The position numbers and the translations under genes were made by a program. Of a stretch of DNA of 51,115 nucleotides, positions 35,948 through 45,655 are shown one piece after another. The notes beneath the pieces are model-generated. The model searched no databases. It saw only the letters and a program-made list of their open reading frames with translations, and was not told where the DNA came from. Within the stretch, counting starts at the first letter, position 1, and each line of letters opens with the position of its first letter. Source of the DNA: Bacillota bacterium (GTDB lineage Bacteria; Bacillota_I; Bacilli_A; RFN20; CAG-826); assembly GCA_030831415.1 (NCBI GenBank), contig JAURLC010000061.1, positions 1 through 51,115 on the forward strand, written 5' to 3'.

Positions 35948-36622
35948 TCATGTTTTCGTTGGTCGGCTTATTGCAAAGGCCTCAATATGAGAAAAACCAA
36001 CGGTACGAAGGTGAGAAATCATCATTTTCATCGTTTCACCAGAAGTCACAACATCATCAACAATGATAATACGTTTTTTCAATGGAAATCTTTGCATGAG
36101 ATGGCGATTAAACCAAACATGATCACGTATTTTTTTTCGCATGAAATACGGTTGATCACTCTGTTTATAATCATCGGTTTTTTCAAAGGGTTGAATGAGG
36201 TTAGGGTGAAAGGAAAAAATTTTTCTTAGAGGGGAAAAACTTCGTTGTTCTTCTTGTTTTACATTCCTAGGGGCAAGAACCAGGAGAGCATTCCAGTATG
36301 AGAGAATGAACCACCATCGATAACCCCAGAAAAACGTTCGACTAAGGGCTTGCTCCCCCAACCCTTTGAACCGATAAAGTAACCCCTCCATAAATTCATC
36401 GTAATGAAACAAAACAGTCAGTTTTACTTTTTGAATCGTGAGCTTTTGAAGATAACGCTTTCTTGAATGATCACAACGTGAACAGATCCAATAAGCTTTT
36501 TTCCATTCGCTAGATTTCTCAAGAAAACATAGTTGACACGTGTTGATTGGCAAACTGAAGGCGTTTTTGACTTGCGTCCATCGCTTTTGTAAGAATTTGA
36601 CTAAAGACAACCACTTCTCCAT
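35948..36622 (-). CDS. comFC: ComF-family phosphoribosyltransferase-domain protein (ComFC)
   Basis: N-terminal Cys pairs CQLC...CSRC and PRTase motif IIIVDDVVTSGETM. The annotated ATG overlaps comFA by 104 nt. An internal TTG (..SLPINTCQLC) is an alternative start. Confidence 0.75.
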   Translation of the reverse strand: MEKWLSLVKFLQKRWTQVKNAFSLPINTCQLCFLEKSSEWKKAYWICSRCDHSRKRYLQKLTIQKVKLTVLFHYDEFMEGLLYRFKGLGEQALSRTFFWGYRWWFILSYWNALLVLAPRNVKQEEQRSFSPLRKIFSFHPNLIQPFEKTDDYKQSDQPYFMRKKIRDHVWFNRHLMQRFPLKKRIIIVDDVVTSGETMKMMISHLRTVGFSHIEAFAISRPTKT

Positions 36623-37688
36623 AAGGATCCTCCTTCTTTCGTCCTACTCTTCCCGCCATTTGAATGAGTGTTTTTTCCTCCATTAACGGATGATCACCAA
36701 AAGCGATGATCACTTGTAAATGCACTAAGGTAATCCCTCGCTCAAGAATGGACGTACTAACCAAGTAAGATAACCGCCCTTGCTTGAAGGCATCGATATC
36801 TTGATCACGGGTTTTTGTACTCGCGTGAACCCATTTCCCTTTTTTACAAAACAAAAACAACCATTGAAACAACCGTTGTCCATGAGCAAGGGTAGGAACA
36901 AAAATAAGGACGGGTTTTCCTTGTTTTATCCAGCGAGTTAACAAATCTAATATCCAACCATAACTAAGCCATTCCCACATGCGTATAAATCGAAATATTG
37001 GCATCGCAATGCCATGATGACGTGTATACAAATGTTCCACTATTCCCCCTTGTTTTCTAAAAGAATCCAACACAAAGGAAGAAAATGTGGCGGATAAATA
37101 AATAATCGACCCTTTACGTGATCGTTTCACCATTTGTTTTAATAACCGATTACCCGTGTAAGGGAATGCATCCACTTCATCAAAGACAATAAGGTCAAAA
37201 TATGCTTCATATCGATACAATTGATGCGTGGTTAGAACAGTAATATCTCCGATAAGTTCGTCATTATGACCTCCAAACACCTCAATACAGCTACTGTTAG
37301 GGAAGGCTTGTTTTAGTCGGGGAAATAATTCGCGAACAACATCGCGTCGGGGAATAACAAACGCCACCTTTCCTCCTTGATTTAAACAAGACAAAATGGA
37401 TGCAAAAACAATTTCGGTTTTTCCACTCCCAGTGACAGCATCGACCATCACATCCTCATGGTTTTCTATCGCTTTTAAAAGTTTTGAAGATAAGCGTTCT
37501 TGCTCATCTGTTAAGGAATAACTTAACCTTAGTATGTGTGTTTTCTTCATCCCTTGTTCTGGATGTATAGGGGGGACTTGATAAGGTATACACACACGAC
37601 AAGGAGAAATGGACTGGTCAGCATCAAAAAGTTCGGGTCGGTCATTGCCACAAAATGAACAACGGACAAAAGTTTTCACTCTTATCAA
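36519..37688 (-). CDS. comFA: ComFA-like DEAD/DEAH-box helicase (competence DNA-uptake ATPase)
   Basis: Cys4 zinc finger CSFCGN...CRVC, Walker A VTGSGKTE, Walker B VFDEVDAF and helicase C-terminal GRVGR. The start codon is uncertain (TTG 37688 or GTG 37679). Confidence 0.75.
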   Translation of the reverse strand: MIRVKTFVRCSFCGNDRPELFDADQSISPCRVCIPYQVPPIHPEQGMKKTHILRLSYSLTDEQERLSSKLLKAIENHEDVMVDAVTGSGKTEIVFASILSCLNQGGKVAFVIPRRDVVRELFPRLKQAFPNSSCIEVFGGHNDELIGDITVLTTHQLYRYEAYFDLIVFDEVDAFPYTGNRLLKQMVKRSRKGSIIYLSATFSSFVLDSFRKQGGIVEHLYTRHHGIAMPIFRFIRMWEWLSYGWILDLLTRWIKQGKPVLIFVPTLAHGQRLFQWLFLFCKKGKWVHASTKTRDQDIDAFKQGRLSYLVSTSILERGITLVHLQVIIAFGDHPLMEEKTLIQMAGRVGRKKEDPYGEVVVFSQILTKAMDASQKRLQFANQHVSTMFS

Positions 37689-37715
37689 TAGGTCAAGAAA
37701 TAAGTAAAAGACGGA

Positions 37716-38168
37716 TTATTTAAAATTTTCTTTTTCGTAATCGGCAATTAGGTCTAACCGAACTTGGTGTCGACCACCTTCAAAAGGAGTGGTTAAAAAC
37801 AGATCAATTCTTCGAATCATGTCTTTAATAGTCATATATCGAGCACCAAAAGCAAGTAAATTGGCATTATTGTCAATGCGTGCACGTTGGGTCGCCTCAT
37901 CATGATAGCCTAATGCACATCGTGCGCCTTTTACTTTATTACTTGCTATCGATACCCCCATTCCAGAACCACACAATAAAATACCAAAATCAAATTCCCC
38001 ACTGGCAACGCGTTCAGATGCAGAAATCGCGTATTCAGGATAATGACACGAACCTTCGTTGAACGTTCCACCATCTTCTACGATCCAACCAATCTTACTT
38101 CGTAAATGATCTAAAAGAATTTTCTTAGTCGCAAAACCAGCATGGTCACTTGCAAGAATTAATTTCAT
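37716..38168 (-). CDS. rpiB: Ribose-5-phosphate isomerase B
   Basis: 150 aa with MKLILASDHAGFATKK... and LLCGSGMGVSIASNK motifs. Confidence 0.9.
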   Translation of the reverse strand: MKLILASDHAGFATKKILLDHLRSKIGWIVEDGGTFNEGSCHYPEYAISASERVASGEFDFGILLCGSGMGVSIASNKVKGARCALGYHDEATQRARIDNNANLLAFGARYMTIKDMIRRIDLFLTTPFEGGRHQVRLDLIADYEKENFK

Positions 38169-38185
38169 AGGTTATCCTCTAACTC

Positions 38186-39013
38186 TTATTTTATACGTTT
38201 TCGTTCAATCCAGGCAAAACGAACCTTTTGATTAATATCGCGAATCCATTCAATACTGACATCTAATGAATGGTGATGAAGAAACATTTCCATCCATGGT
38301 TTCCATCCTTCAAACAACTCAAAAGCAACAAACCGAAGGGTTGGTATCGTATTGAAAGCACGCAATATTGGATCAAAAAGTGACTCATCTTGTTTAGATA
38401 ATAAAGCGTGATGAGGTTCATATGCCCATACGCTTTCATCGATGGTTTTGGGGTCAAGAATGTAAGGAGGATTACTAACAATCCCTTCAATTGGTTCATC
38501 AACCCACGGTTGTAAGTCCGAACCCTTTCGAAAATCGATATGGACGTTTAAATTATTAGCATTTTGCTTGGCAACTTCCAACGCCTTCGAATCGATGTCG
38601 GAAGCACCAACGGACCATTCCTGTCGAAGTTTTTTAAGGGTACATGCAATCGCACCGCTACCGGTACCAATATCAATTATATGAAGTGTTTGTTTCATCG
38701 ATTTGGTTTTTTCTAAAACGAGATTTATAAGTTCTTCAGTTTCTGGCCGAGGAATCAAAACGTTAGGGTTAACAATAAAACGATGCTGAAAAAAAGTAGA
38801 AGATTCGACAATGTAAGCGATAGGTTCACCTTTGATTAATCTTGCTAAACGATTAGAAAATACCGATGTTGGTTGCCATGGTGAATCCAAATGTAGAAGC
38901 AATTCATCGTGAGTTTTAAAGGAGGTTTCAAATAAAATGAGTTCTCTAATGTCAAAAGCAGTCAATCCGGGAGTTTTGAGTAACTCCTTATAAAGCTTAC
39001 CTAGTGTAGACAA
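38186..39013 (-). CDS. prmC: Release factor glutamine N5-methyltransferase (PrmC/HemK)
   Basis: SAM motif IDIGTGSGAI and catalytic IVSNPPYI. TTG start lies 3 nt after the prfA stop. Confidence 0.9.
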   Translation of the reverse strand: MSTLGKLYKELLKTPGLTAFDIRELILFETSFKTHDELLLHLDSPWQPTSVFSNRLARLIKGEPIAYIVESSTFFQHRFIVNPNVLIPRPETEELINLVLEKTKSMKQTLHIIDIGTGSGAIACTLKKLRQEWSVGASDIDSKALEVAKQNANNLNVHIDFRKGSDLQPWVDEPIEGIVSNPPYILDPKTIDESVWAYEPHHALLSKQDESLFDPILRAFNTIPTLRFVAFELFEGWKPWMEMFLHHHSLDVSIEWIRDINQKVRFAWIERKRIK

Positions 39014-39016
39014 GAC

Positions 39017-40078
39017 TTATTCTCCGGCAAGTTTTTGTTGTTGGTCGAAGTGGTTAAGTGCCTCCAAAATATCATCCAAATCACCTTCCATCACACGATC
39101 AAGTTTTTGGATTGTAAACCCGATTCGGTGATCAGTGACACGATTTTGTGGATAGTTGTACGTACGAATTTTTTCACTTCGTTCACCCGTACCCACCTTC
39201 AATTTGCGTTCGTTTCCGATTTTTTCATCAATTTCTGCCTGTTTGTGGGCTTGAAGTTTGGCATATAACATTTTCATTGCTAAATCACGATTTTGCATTT
39301 GTGATTTTTCAATTTGGCATGATACGACGATACCAGTGGGTAGATGAGTAATACGAACTGCAGATTCTGTTTTGTTAACATTTTGTCCACCTGCACCTTG
39401 GGAACGATACGTGTCCACTTGCAAGTCGGATGTATTAATCGTGATATCTACTTCTTCAGCTTCTGGCATGACGAGAACTGTCGCTGTGGACGTATGAATA
39501 CGACCCGATGCTTCAGTTTCAGGAACGCGTTGGACACGATGGGCTCCCGATTCGAATTTCAAACGAGAATAAACATTTTCTCCCTTTACTAAAAAGGTGA
39601 TGGTCGATTGACCAGCAGCATCGGAAATCATTTGAATTTTCCATCCATTCTCCTCACAAAATTTGGTGTACATTCGAAATAAATCATTGGCGAAGATAAA
39701 GGCTTCATCACCACCTGCTGCGCCACGAATTTCAACGACAATATTTTTATCATCATTGGGGTCGCGAGGCACTAACAGAACTTTAATTTTATCGAGTAAT
39801 CTTAATTGTTCTTGATCAAGTCGTTCGATTTCTGAACGACCCAAATTAGAAATTTCAGGGTCTTTATCTTCCTTCATAAGCATTGCATCTTCAAGATTGT
39901 GTTGGTTGGCTTCAAATTGATTGAATACTTGAACCACATCATCTAAAAAAGAGCGTTCTTTTGATAACGTTTTAAATTGACGAGAATCAGATAAGACTTG
40001 TGGATCTAAAAGTAAGTCATCCACAACTTTGAGACGTTCGCGCATTGTGATTAATCTACTTTTTAAATGTTCTTCCAT
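39017..40078 (-). CDS. prfA: Peptide chain release factor 1
   Basis: PET tripeptide (RVQRVPETE) and GGQ (GAGGQNVNKTES). I use ATG 40078 (MEEHLKSRL...) and reject the 33-codon track extension. Confidence 0.93.
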   Translation of the reverse strand: MEEHLKSRLITMRERLKVVDDLLLDPQVLSDSRQFKTLSKERSFLDDVVQVFNQFEANQHNLEDAMLMKEDKDPEISNLGRSEIERLDQEQLRLLDKIKVLLVPRDPNDDKNIVVEIRGAAGGDEAFIFANDLFRMYTKFCEENGWKIQMISDAAGQSTITFLVKGENVYSRLKFESGAHRVQRVPETEASGRIHTSTATVLVMPEAEEVDITINTSDLQVDTYRSQGAGGQNVNKTESAVRITHLPTGIVVSCQIEKSQMQNRDLAMKMLYAKLQAHKQAEIDEKIGNERKLKVGTGERSEKIRTYNYPQNRVTDHRIGFTIQKLDRVMEGDLDDILEALNHFDQQQKLAGE

Positions 40079-40183
40079 AATTACCTTGATTATCTTACCA
40101 TAAATCCTTAAATATACAATTTTAAACCACGTTTTTAGGGTTTCTTTTACCCCTCTAATTATGTATAATTTAGTCAATCATTT

Positions 40184-41788
40184 ATGGCATATAAAGCACT
40201 ATATCGAACGTATCGTCCTCAAACTTTTTCTGAAGTTGCAGGGCAAGAAGCGATTGTAAAAACTCTTCAAAACGCTTTAATTTCTAATAAACTTTCCCAT
40301 GCTTATTTGTTTTCTGGTCCGCGAGGTACCGGAAAAACAACCATGGCCAAATTATTTGCCAAGTCACTAAACTGTGAACAGGGTGTTGGGCATCAATGCA
40401 ACACTTGTGAAAATTGCTTACTCATTAAACAAAATGCTCATCCCGATGTTATTGAAATTGATGCTGCCAGTAATAATGGTGTTGAAGAGGTTCGTGAACT
40501 CATTGATAAAGTAAAATATTCCCCGATCAAAGGAAAATATAAAGTTTATATTATCGATGAAGTTCACATGATGACTTCTTCCGCCTTCAACGCCCTTTTA
40601 AAGACACTGGAAGAACCACCTTCACATGTAATTTTCATCCTTGCGACAACAGAACCCCATAAAATTATTCCTACCATCTTGTCTCGATGCCAACGATATG
40701 ATTTTGGAAAGGTCTCTTCTCCCGCAATTTTAGAACGGTTACAACATGTACTTTCCAAAGAAAATATTCATGTTGAATCTGCTGCTCTAGACATGATTAT
40801 TCAACTTTCAGAAGGGGGAATGCGCGATGCACTTTCCCTACTTGACCAAGCTATCGCTTTTGCTGGAGAAACCATTACCGAAAAGGATATTCTTCAACTC
40901 TTTGGGATGATTTCTAAGAGCGAAAAATTAAACCTAATTGAATCGTTTGCGAATAAACAAGCAGCAAGATTTATTCAATTAACTGATCACTTTATTCAAC
41001 TTGGTATTGATGAAAAACGTTTCTTAAATGAATTAATTGATGTATTAAAAGATGTTTTGATTTTATTTAAAACAAAAGACCAAACGTTGTTAAGAACACT
41101 GAACGAAGAAGATGTGAATCGATTATTAAATGCTATTACGATTGAACAAACGGAGAGGCTCTTAGACGTGATGTTTTATTTACTTTCTGATTTCAAAGTC
41201 AACGGACATTGGTTACGAATGTTTCAATTACGTGGTTTAACACTCATAGAAAAAGTACAGGATAACGTCAAAACTAGTCTTGAACATAAAGCAAAACCAT
41301 CACTTTCTCCATCAAAGGCTTCACCAACATTCTCTTCAACACCTTCACAATCCACCATCACTGAAGAAGGCGAAAGTCTTTATATTGATGATTTAAACAT
41401 TATAAAGATCATGGTTGATGGTAACAAAGAAGCTAAACAAAGTTTATTAAAAGAATGGGATCAGCTCGACACTTTAATGCTTGATGACCATGTTGGGGCT
41501 ACAGCAACCTTACTCAAAGATGGAAAACCATATGTATTAAGTGAGCACGTTTTAATTCTCGAGTACGACAACCCCCTTCTTGCAAGCAAAGTCAATCGTG
41601 TTGTGAATCAAAGTGCCCTACAAGATCTTCTTGCAAACCTTTATCCCGAACCCGTACTAATCTATGCAGTCAATCGGCAAGAATCGTTAAAATTAAACAA
41701 ACTTTTTTTAGATCTTCGTCAACTCGGAAAATTACCTGTACGTGTACAAACACCGCCTTCGGTAAAAAATTGGAAATTTAATTCATGA
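40184..41788 (+). CDS. dnaX: DNA polymerase III subunit gamma/tau
   Basis: 534 aa. Walker A GPRGTGKTT, zinc module CEQGVGHQCNTCENC and SRCQRYDF sensor motif. Confidence 0.95.
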   Translation: MAYKALYRTYRPQTFSEVAGQEAIVKTLQNALISNKLSHAYLFSGPRGTGKTTMAKLFAKSLNCEQGVGHQCNTCENCLLIKQNAHPDVIEIDAASNNGVEEVRELIDKVKYSPIKGKYKVYIIDEVHMMTSSAFNALLKTLEEPPSHVIFILATTEPHKIIPTILSRCQRYDFGKVSSPAILERLQHVLSKENIHVESAALDMIIQLSEGGMRDALSLLDQAIAFAGETITEKDILQLFGMISKSEKLNLIESFANKQAARFIQLTDHFIQLGIDEKRFLNELIDVLKDVLILFKTKDQTLLRTLNEEDVNRLLNAITIEQTERLLDVMFYLLSDFKVNGHWLRMFQLRGLTLIEKVQDNVKTSLEHKAKPSLSPSKASPTFSSTPSQSTITEEGESLYIDDLNIIKIMVDGNKEAKQSLLKEWDQLDTLMLDDHVGATATLLKDGKPYVLSEHVLILEYDNPLLASKVNRVVNQSALQDLLANLYPEPVLIYAVNRQESLKLNKLFLDLRQLGKLPVRVQTPPSVKNWKFNS

Positions 41789-42390
41789 AACCACTCAAAT
41801 CGTTACAACAATTAACCGAATCGTTCCATAAGTTGCCAGGTGTTGGTTTAAAATCAGCTGAGCGAATGGCACAAGCGGTTCTTACATTACCCGAAGACGA
41901 TGTTATCGCTTTTTCCGATGCTTTAAAACATGTCAAGTCCTCCATTCATGCATGTCCTACCTGTGGACTCTTTACAGAGGAAAAAGTATGTGAAATTTGT
42001 CAATCTTCACGTCCATTTGAAACATTGGTGGTCGTGAGTTTTCCAAAAGATGTCTTTGCTTTTGAACGGCTAGAAGACGTTCAATTTCGTTACCATGTTT
42101 TAGGAGGGGTTTTATCCGCCTCAAAAGGAATTCAAGTTCAAGATTTACATCTTCCTCAACTTTTTCAACGCCTTGAAAAGGAAGGTTTTAAAGAAATTAT
42201 TTTGGCGATGAATCCTACTTTAGAAGGAGAAACGACAGCACAATACCTTGCTGTTCTTCTAAAAAAACTACCCATCCGTGTCACTCGGCTTGGTTATGGA
42301 CTCCCCATGGGAGCTAACTTAGATTATGCAGATGCAATCACGTTATCAAAGGCGTTATCTGGTAGGACAAATCTTAAAGGAGACGAGTAA
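41785..42390 (+). CDS. recR: Recombination protein RecR
   Basis: 201 aa. HhH N-terminus LPGVGLKSAERMA, Cys4 CPTCGLFTEEKVCEIC and a Toprim domain. ATGA overlap with dnaX. Confidence 0.95.
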   Translation: MKPLKSLQQLTESFHKLPGVGLKSAERMAQAVLTLPEDDVIAFSDALKHVKSSIHACPTCGLFTEEKVCEICQSSRPFETLVVVSFPKDVFAFERLEDVQFRYHVLGGVLSASKGIQVQDLHLPQLFQRLEKEGFKEIILAMNPTLEGETTAQYLAVLLKKLPIRVTRLGYGLPMGANLDYADAITLSKALSGRTNLKGDE

Positions 42391-43007
42391 TGTTTATCAC
42401 ACTTGAAGGTCCAGAAGGTAGTGGAAAAACGTCCGTTATGAAAGTCGTTATTCGTCGTTTACAAGACGAAGGTTTTTCCATTATTGAAACGCGAGAACCC
42501 GGTGGGACAAACATTGCTGAGCAAATTCGTGATATTATTCTAGATCGAAAAAATTTATCCCTCGATGCTCGCGCTGAGGCGTTGTTATACGCTGCAAGTC
42601 GTCGGCAAAATTTAGTGGAGAAAATATGGCCCAGTATAAAGGCAGGTCACATTGTTATTTGTGATCGGTTTATAGACTCGAGTTTAGCTTATCAAGGTGG
42701 TGCACGAGGAATTGGCATTGAAGAAGTTCTCAATATTAATTTATTTGCAACCGAAGGGTCCTTTCCCGAATTAACGTTATTATTTGATATTGAACCCGAA
42801 CAAGGTCTTCGCCGTATCGCTGAAAACAAAAACCGAGAAATTAATCGGCTTGATTTAGAACGGTTGGATTTTCATCGTCAAGTACGCCAAACCTATTTAC
42901 AACTTGCCAAGCAATATCCCAATCGTATTGTAATCATTGATGCATCCTTGGCGTTAGAGAAGGTGATTGATAAGACGTATGACATCATCAAACAACGCTT
43001 AATATGA
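42390..43007 (+). CDS. tmk: Thymidylate kinase
   Basis: 205 aa. P-loop LEGPEGSGKTS and DRFIDSSLAYQG. TAATG overlap with recR. Confidence 0.95.
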   Translation: MFITLEGPEGSGKTSVMKVVIRRLQDEGFSIIETREPGGTNIAEQIRDIILDRKNLSLDARAEALLYAASRRQNLVEKIWPSIKAGHIVICDRFIDSSLAYQGGARGIGIEEVLNINLFATEGSFPELTLLFDIEPEQGLRRIAENKNREINRLDLERLDFHRQVRQTYLQLAKQYPNRIVIIDASLALEKVIDKTYDIIKQRLI

Positions 43008-43993
43008 TTGTTTCTGATTATTTAAAACAATTTCAGCCGCATTTATATACCTTATTTAGTCATGCGTTAAGCCATCAAAAATGGAGTCACGCCTATTTGT
43101 TATCTGGCGATCGCGGAATGCCGTTAAAAGAGGTTGCAATTTTTCTTGCCAAATCCCTTGTTTGTGAACACGGAAATCCTTTGGCGGATGAACAATGTAT
43201 GACGTGTCAGCGCATAAACCAAGGTGACTTTGTCGATTTAAAGTTTATGGATGGTGCGATAGGTTCAATAAAAAAACAGGATGTATTAGATTTAGAACAA
43301 TCGTTTTCTGTTAGTTCTTTAGAAATTTTTCAGCGACAAATCTATATTCTTCATCTTGTTGAAAATATGACGCCTGAAGCGGTTAATGCACTCCTCAAAT
43401 TCCTCGAAGAACCTCAACAAGAAATTTATGCCATTCTTACAACCGAAACGATTCATGCATTATTACCTACCATCATTTCTCGTTCCCAAGTCGTTCGATT
43501 TATTCCTCTACATCAAGATACATTTATACAAACTCTTATCGAAAAAGGGTTACCCGAGACCGACAGTATATTCGCTTCTTTTTTTTACACAACCATGGAT
43601 CAAGCTTCCGAGTGGATTCAAGGTTCTTTTTATCAACAAATTAAAAAACCGATGATGGAATGGTTAATGTTATTTGGTAAAAACACAACACAATTAAGAC
43701 TTTATTTTCGACAAATGTTACTCCCCCTCCTCACAACTCCAGAAGATGTAAAACAGTGGTTTGAACTTTTTATCATTTTGATTGAACAAAGTATGCATTT
43801 GTATTATCACGAAAAGGTACTATTAAAAAATGAACGTTCTGCGTTATTATTATTAAATGATGCCTTGCTATCCCATCAAGCAAGTATCGAATTGACAAGA
43901 GAAACGATTCTTCGCTTACGATTGCCTGTCAATTTACCCTTATTAATCGATCAATGGTTAATTCGCTTAACGAAAGGAATGCGCATTATATGA
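43004..43993 (+). CDS. holB: DNA polymerase III subunit delta prime
   Basis: 329 aa AAA+-like protein (HAYLLSGDRGMP, SRSQVVRF) in the conserved position after tmk. Confidence 0.85.
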   Translation: MIVSDYLKQFQPHLYTLFSHALSHQKWSHAYLLSGDRGMPLKEVAIFLAKSLVCEHGNPLADEQCMTCQRINQGDFVDLKFMDGAIGSIKKQDVLDLEQSFSVSSLEIFQRQIYILHLVENMTPEAVNALLKFLEEPQQEIYAILTTETIHALLPTIISRSQVVRFIPLHQDTFIQTLIEKGLPETDSIFASFFYTTMDQASEWIQGSFYQQIKKPMMEWLMLFGKNTTQLRLYFRQMLLPLLTTPEDVKQWFELFIILIEQSMHLYYHEKVLLKNERSALLLLNDALLSHQASIELTRETILRLRLPVNLPLLIDQWLIRLTKGMRII

Positions 43994-44808
43994 GTTCAGA
44001 TTATGTACTAGGTGTTCAATATCACCATCTGCCTAAAATTCACTATGTTCATTTTTCACAAGAAATCACCGTAAATGAATGGGTGATTGTAGATACCCCC
44101 AAAGGGCCTGAACTTGGACAAATTAAAAAACAGGCAGTTCCTATGGATACCTTTCCTAAACAATTTAGTTTAGACAGAGTGTTAAAAAAAGCAGAAACAA
44201 GCGACATTGAAAGATTCGAACATAACGAACAAGATGCAAAGGATGCATTTGCAAAGGCGAAGCAACTCGTTCGCTCACTTAATTTAAAAATGGATTTGTT
44301 TCGTGCTGAATATAATTTTGACCGATCGAAACTCTATTTTTCATTTGTTGCCGAAGAACGCGTTGATTTTCGTGAATTAGTCAAGGAACTCGCTGGAATG
44401 TTCCATACTCGAATCGACTTACGACAAGTGGGAGCAAGAGATCGCGCAAAATTATTAGGGGCCATTGGTGTGTGTGGTTTACCCCTATGCTGCACCACAT
44501 TTTTAAATGAATTTGACAATATTTCGATTAATCGAGCAAAAAACCAAATGTTATCGCTCAACATTCCTAAACTAACAGGTCATTGTGGGAAATTACTTTG
44601 TTGTTTGAAATACGAAGATGATGCTTATACCGAATTGAAGGAAACGCTTCCTAAAGTAGGAAGTCATTTTACGGTCAATTCGATTACGTATCGTGTGAGT
44701 TCAATGAATGTCCTCTCTCGTGTTATTAAACTACAATCTCCTGATCGTGATGTTTTGTTTATGCATGTGGATGACTTACGAAAACAAGGTCAGAAAGTCC
44801 ATGATTAG
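43990..44808 (+). CDS. ricT: PSP1-domain protein RicT/YaaT
   Basis: Conserved Cys cluster CGLPLCCTTFL...GHCGKLLCCLKYE. I use ATG 43990 (ATGA overlap with the holB stop) rather than the track start 43954. Confidence 0.85.
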   Translation: MSSDYVLGVQYHHLPKIHYVHFSQEITVNEWVIVDTPKGPELGQIKKQAVPMDTFPKQFSLDRVLKKAETSDIERFEHNEQDAKDAFAKAKQLVRSLNLKMDLFRAEYNFDRSKLYFSFVAEERVDFRELVKELAGMFHTRIDLRQVGARDRAKLLGAIGVCGLPLCCTTFLNEFDNISINRAKNQMLSLNIPKLTGHCGKLLCCLKYEDDAYTELKETLPKVGSHFTVNSITYRVSSMNVLSRVIKLQSPDRDVLFMHVDDLRKQGQKVHD

Positions 44809-45655
44809 ACATAAAAGTTTTACCCCAGCTCCATTACACACCCTATACTTTATTGCAACGCCAATTGGTAATTTACAAGAGCTTTCTCAGCGGGCTATTG
44901 ATACGATGACACTAGTGGATAAAATTGCGTGTGAAGATACACGCGTTACTAGCAAACTTCTTCATCATTTAAACTTTAAAAAGCCTTTAATTCCTTGTCA
45001 TGAACATAATGAATCCATCGCATCTGCATCCATTATTGCTGCGATCTTAAATGGTGAAAAAATAGCCTATGTTTCCGATGCCGGGTATCCTGGAATATCA
45101 GACCCAGGACAGCGCTTAATACAGCAAGCACTTAAAGCAGATATTCACGTCGTGATGATTTCCGGTCCATCCGCAATTTTGAATGCATTAATCGGATCTG
45201 GTTTAAGTACAGAACGATTTTATTTTCATGGATTTTTGCTACCGAAAGAAGGCCCACGTTTAGACGAACTCAAAGATCTCTATACCCGAAAAGAAACGCT
45301 TGTGTTCTATGAATCTCCTCACCGAATCGAAACCACGCTCAAAAACATGCTTGAAACCCTCGGTAATCGTCAAGCGGTTATTGCCCGAGAACTAACCAAA
45401 CTTCATGAAGAATATATTCGTGGTACCTTACAAGAACTTAGTGAAATCGATCCTGCGTCCTTAAAAGGTGAAATGGTAATCGTCGTTGAAGGAAACAAGG
45501 ATGAAATGAGTATTAAGCTAAGTGATGATGAAATACGAAAACTCGTACAAAACTTAACTGAAACAGGTATTTCAATGAAGGATGCTATACGCCAAGTATC
45601 TGAAATGACGACGTTAAATAAAAATTATATTTATAAACTTATGCATCGGAATTAA
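44801..45655 (+). CDS. rsmI: 16S rRNA (cytidine1402-2'-O)-methyltransferase RsmI
   Basis: TLYFIATPIGNLQELSQRAI and ACEDTRVTSKLL motifs. I use ATG 44801 (MIRHKSF...), which overlaps ricT by 8 nt. The track extension from 44708 is rejected. Confidence 0.9.
   Translation: MIRHKSFTPAPLHTLYFIATPIGNLQELSQRAIDTMTLVDKIACEDTRVTSKLLHHLNFKKPLIPCHEHNESIASASIIAAILNGEKIAYVSDAGYPGISDPGQRLIQQALKADIHVVMISGPSAILNALIGSGLSTERFYFHGFLLPKEGPRLDELKDLYTRKETLVFYESPHRIETTLKNMLETLGNRQAVIARELTKLHEEYIRGTLQELSEIDPASLKGEMVIVVEGNKDEMSIKLSDDEIRKLVQNLTETGISMKDAIRQVSEMTTLNKNYIYKLMHRN

Noticed and set aside
40079-40177. N-terminal extensions of track ORFs: prfA from 40177, aminopeptidase from 27852, rsmI from 44708, ricT from 43954, protease from 14989, anti-sigma from 23860
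   Set aside because: The extensions use GTG, TTG or distant ATG codons, overlap neighbouring genes or promoters, and add non-conserved residues. Internal ATGs with better SD or coupling context match the conserved N-termini of the families.
40184-41788. E. coli-type programmed -1 frameshift (A AAA AAG) in dnaX producing a short gamma subunit
   Set aside because: No A AAA AAG heptamer was seen. The only A6 run (about 41764..41769) lies a few codons from the natural stop, so it could not produce a truncated gamma.
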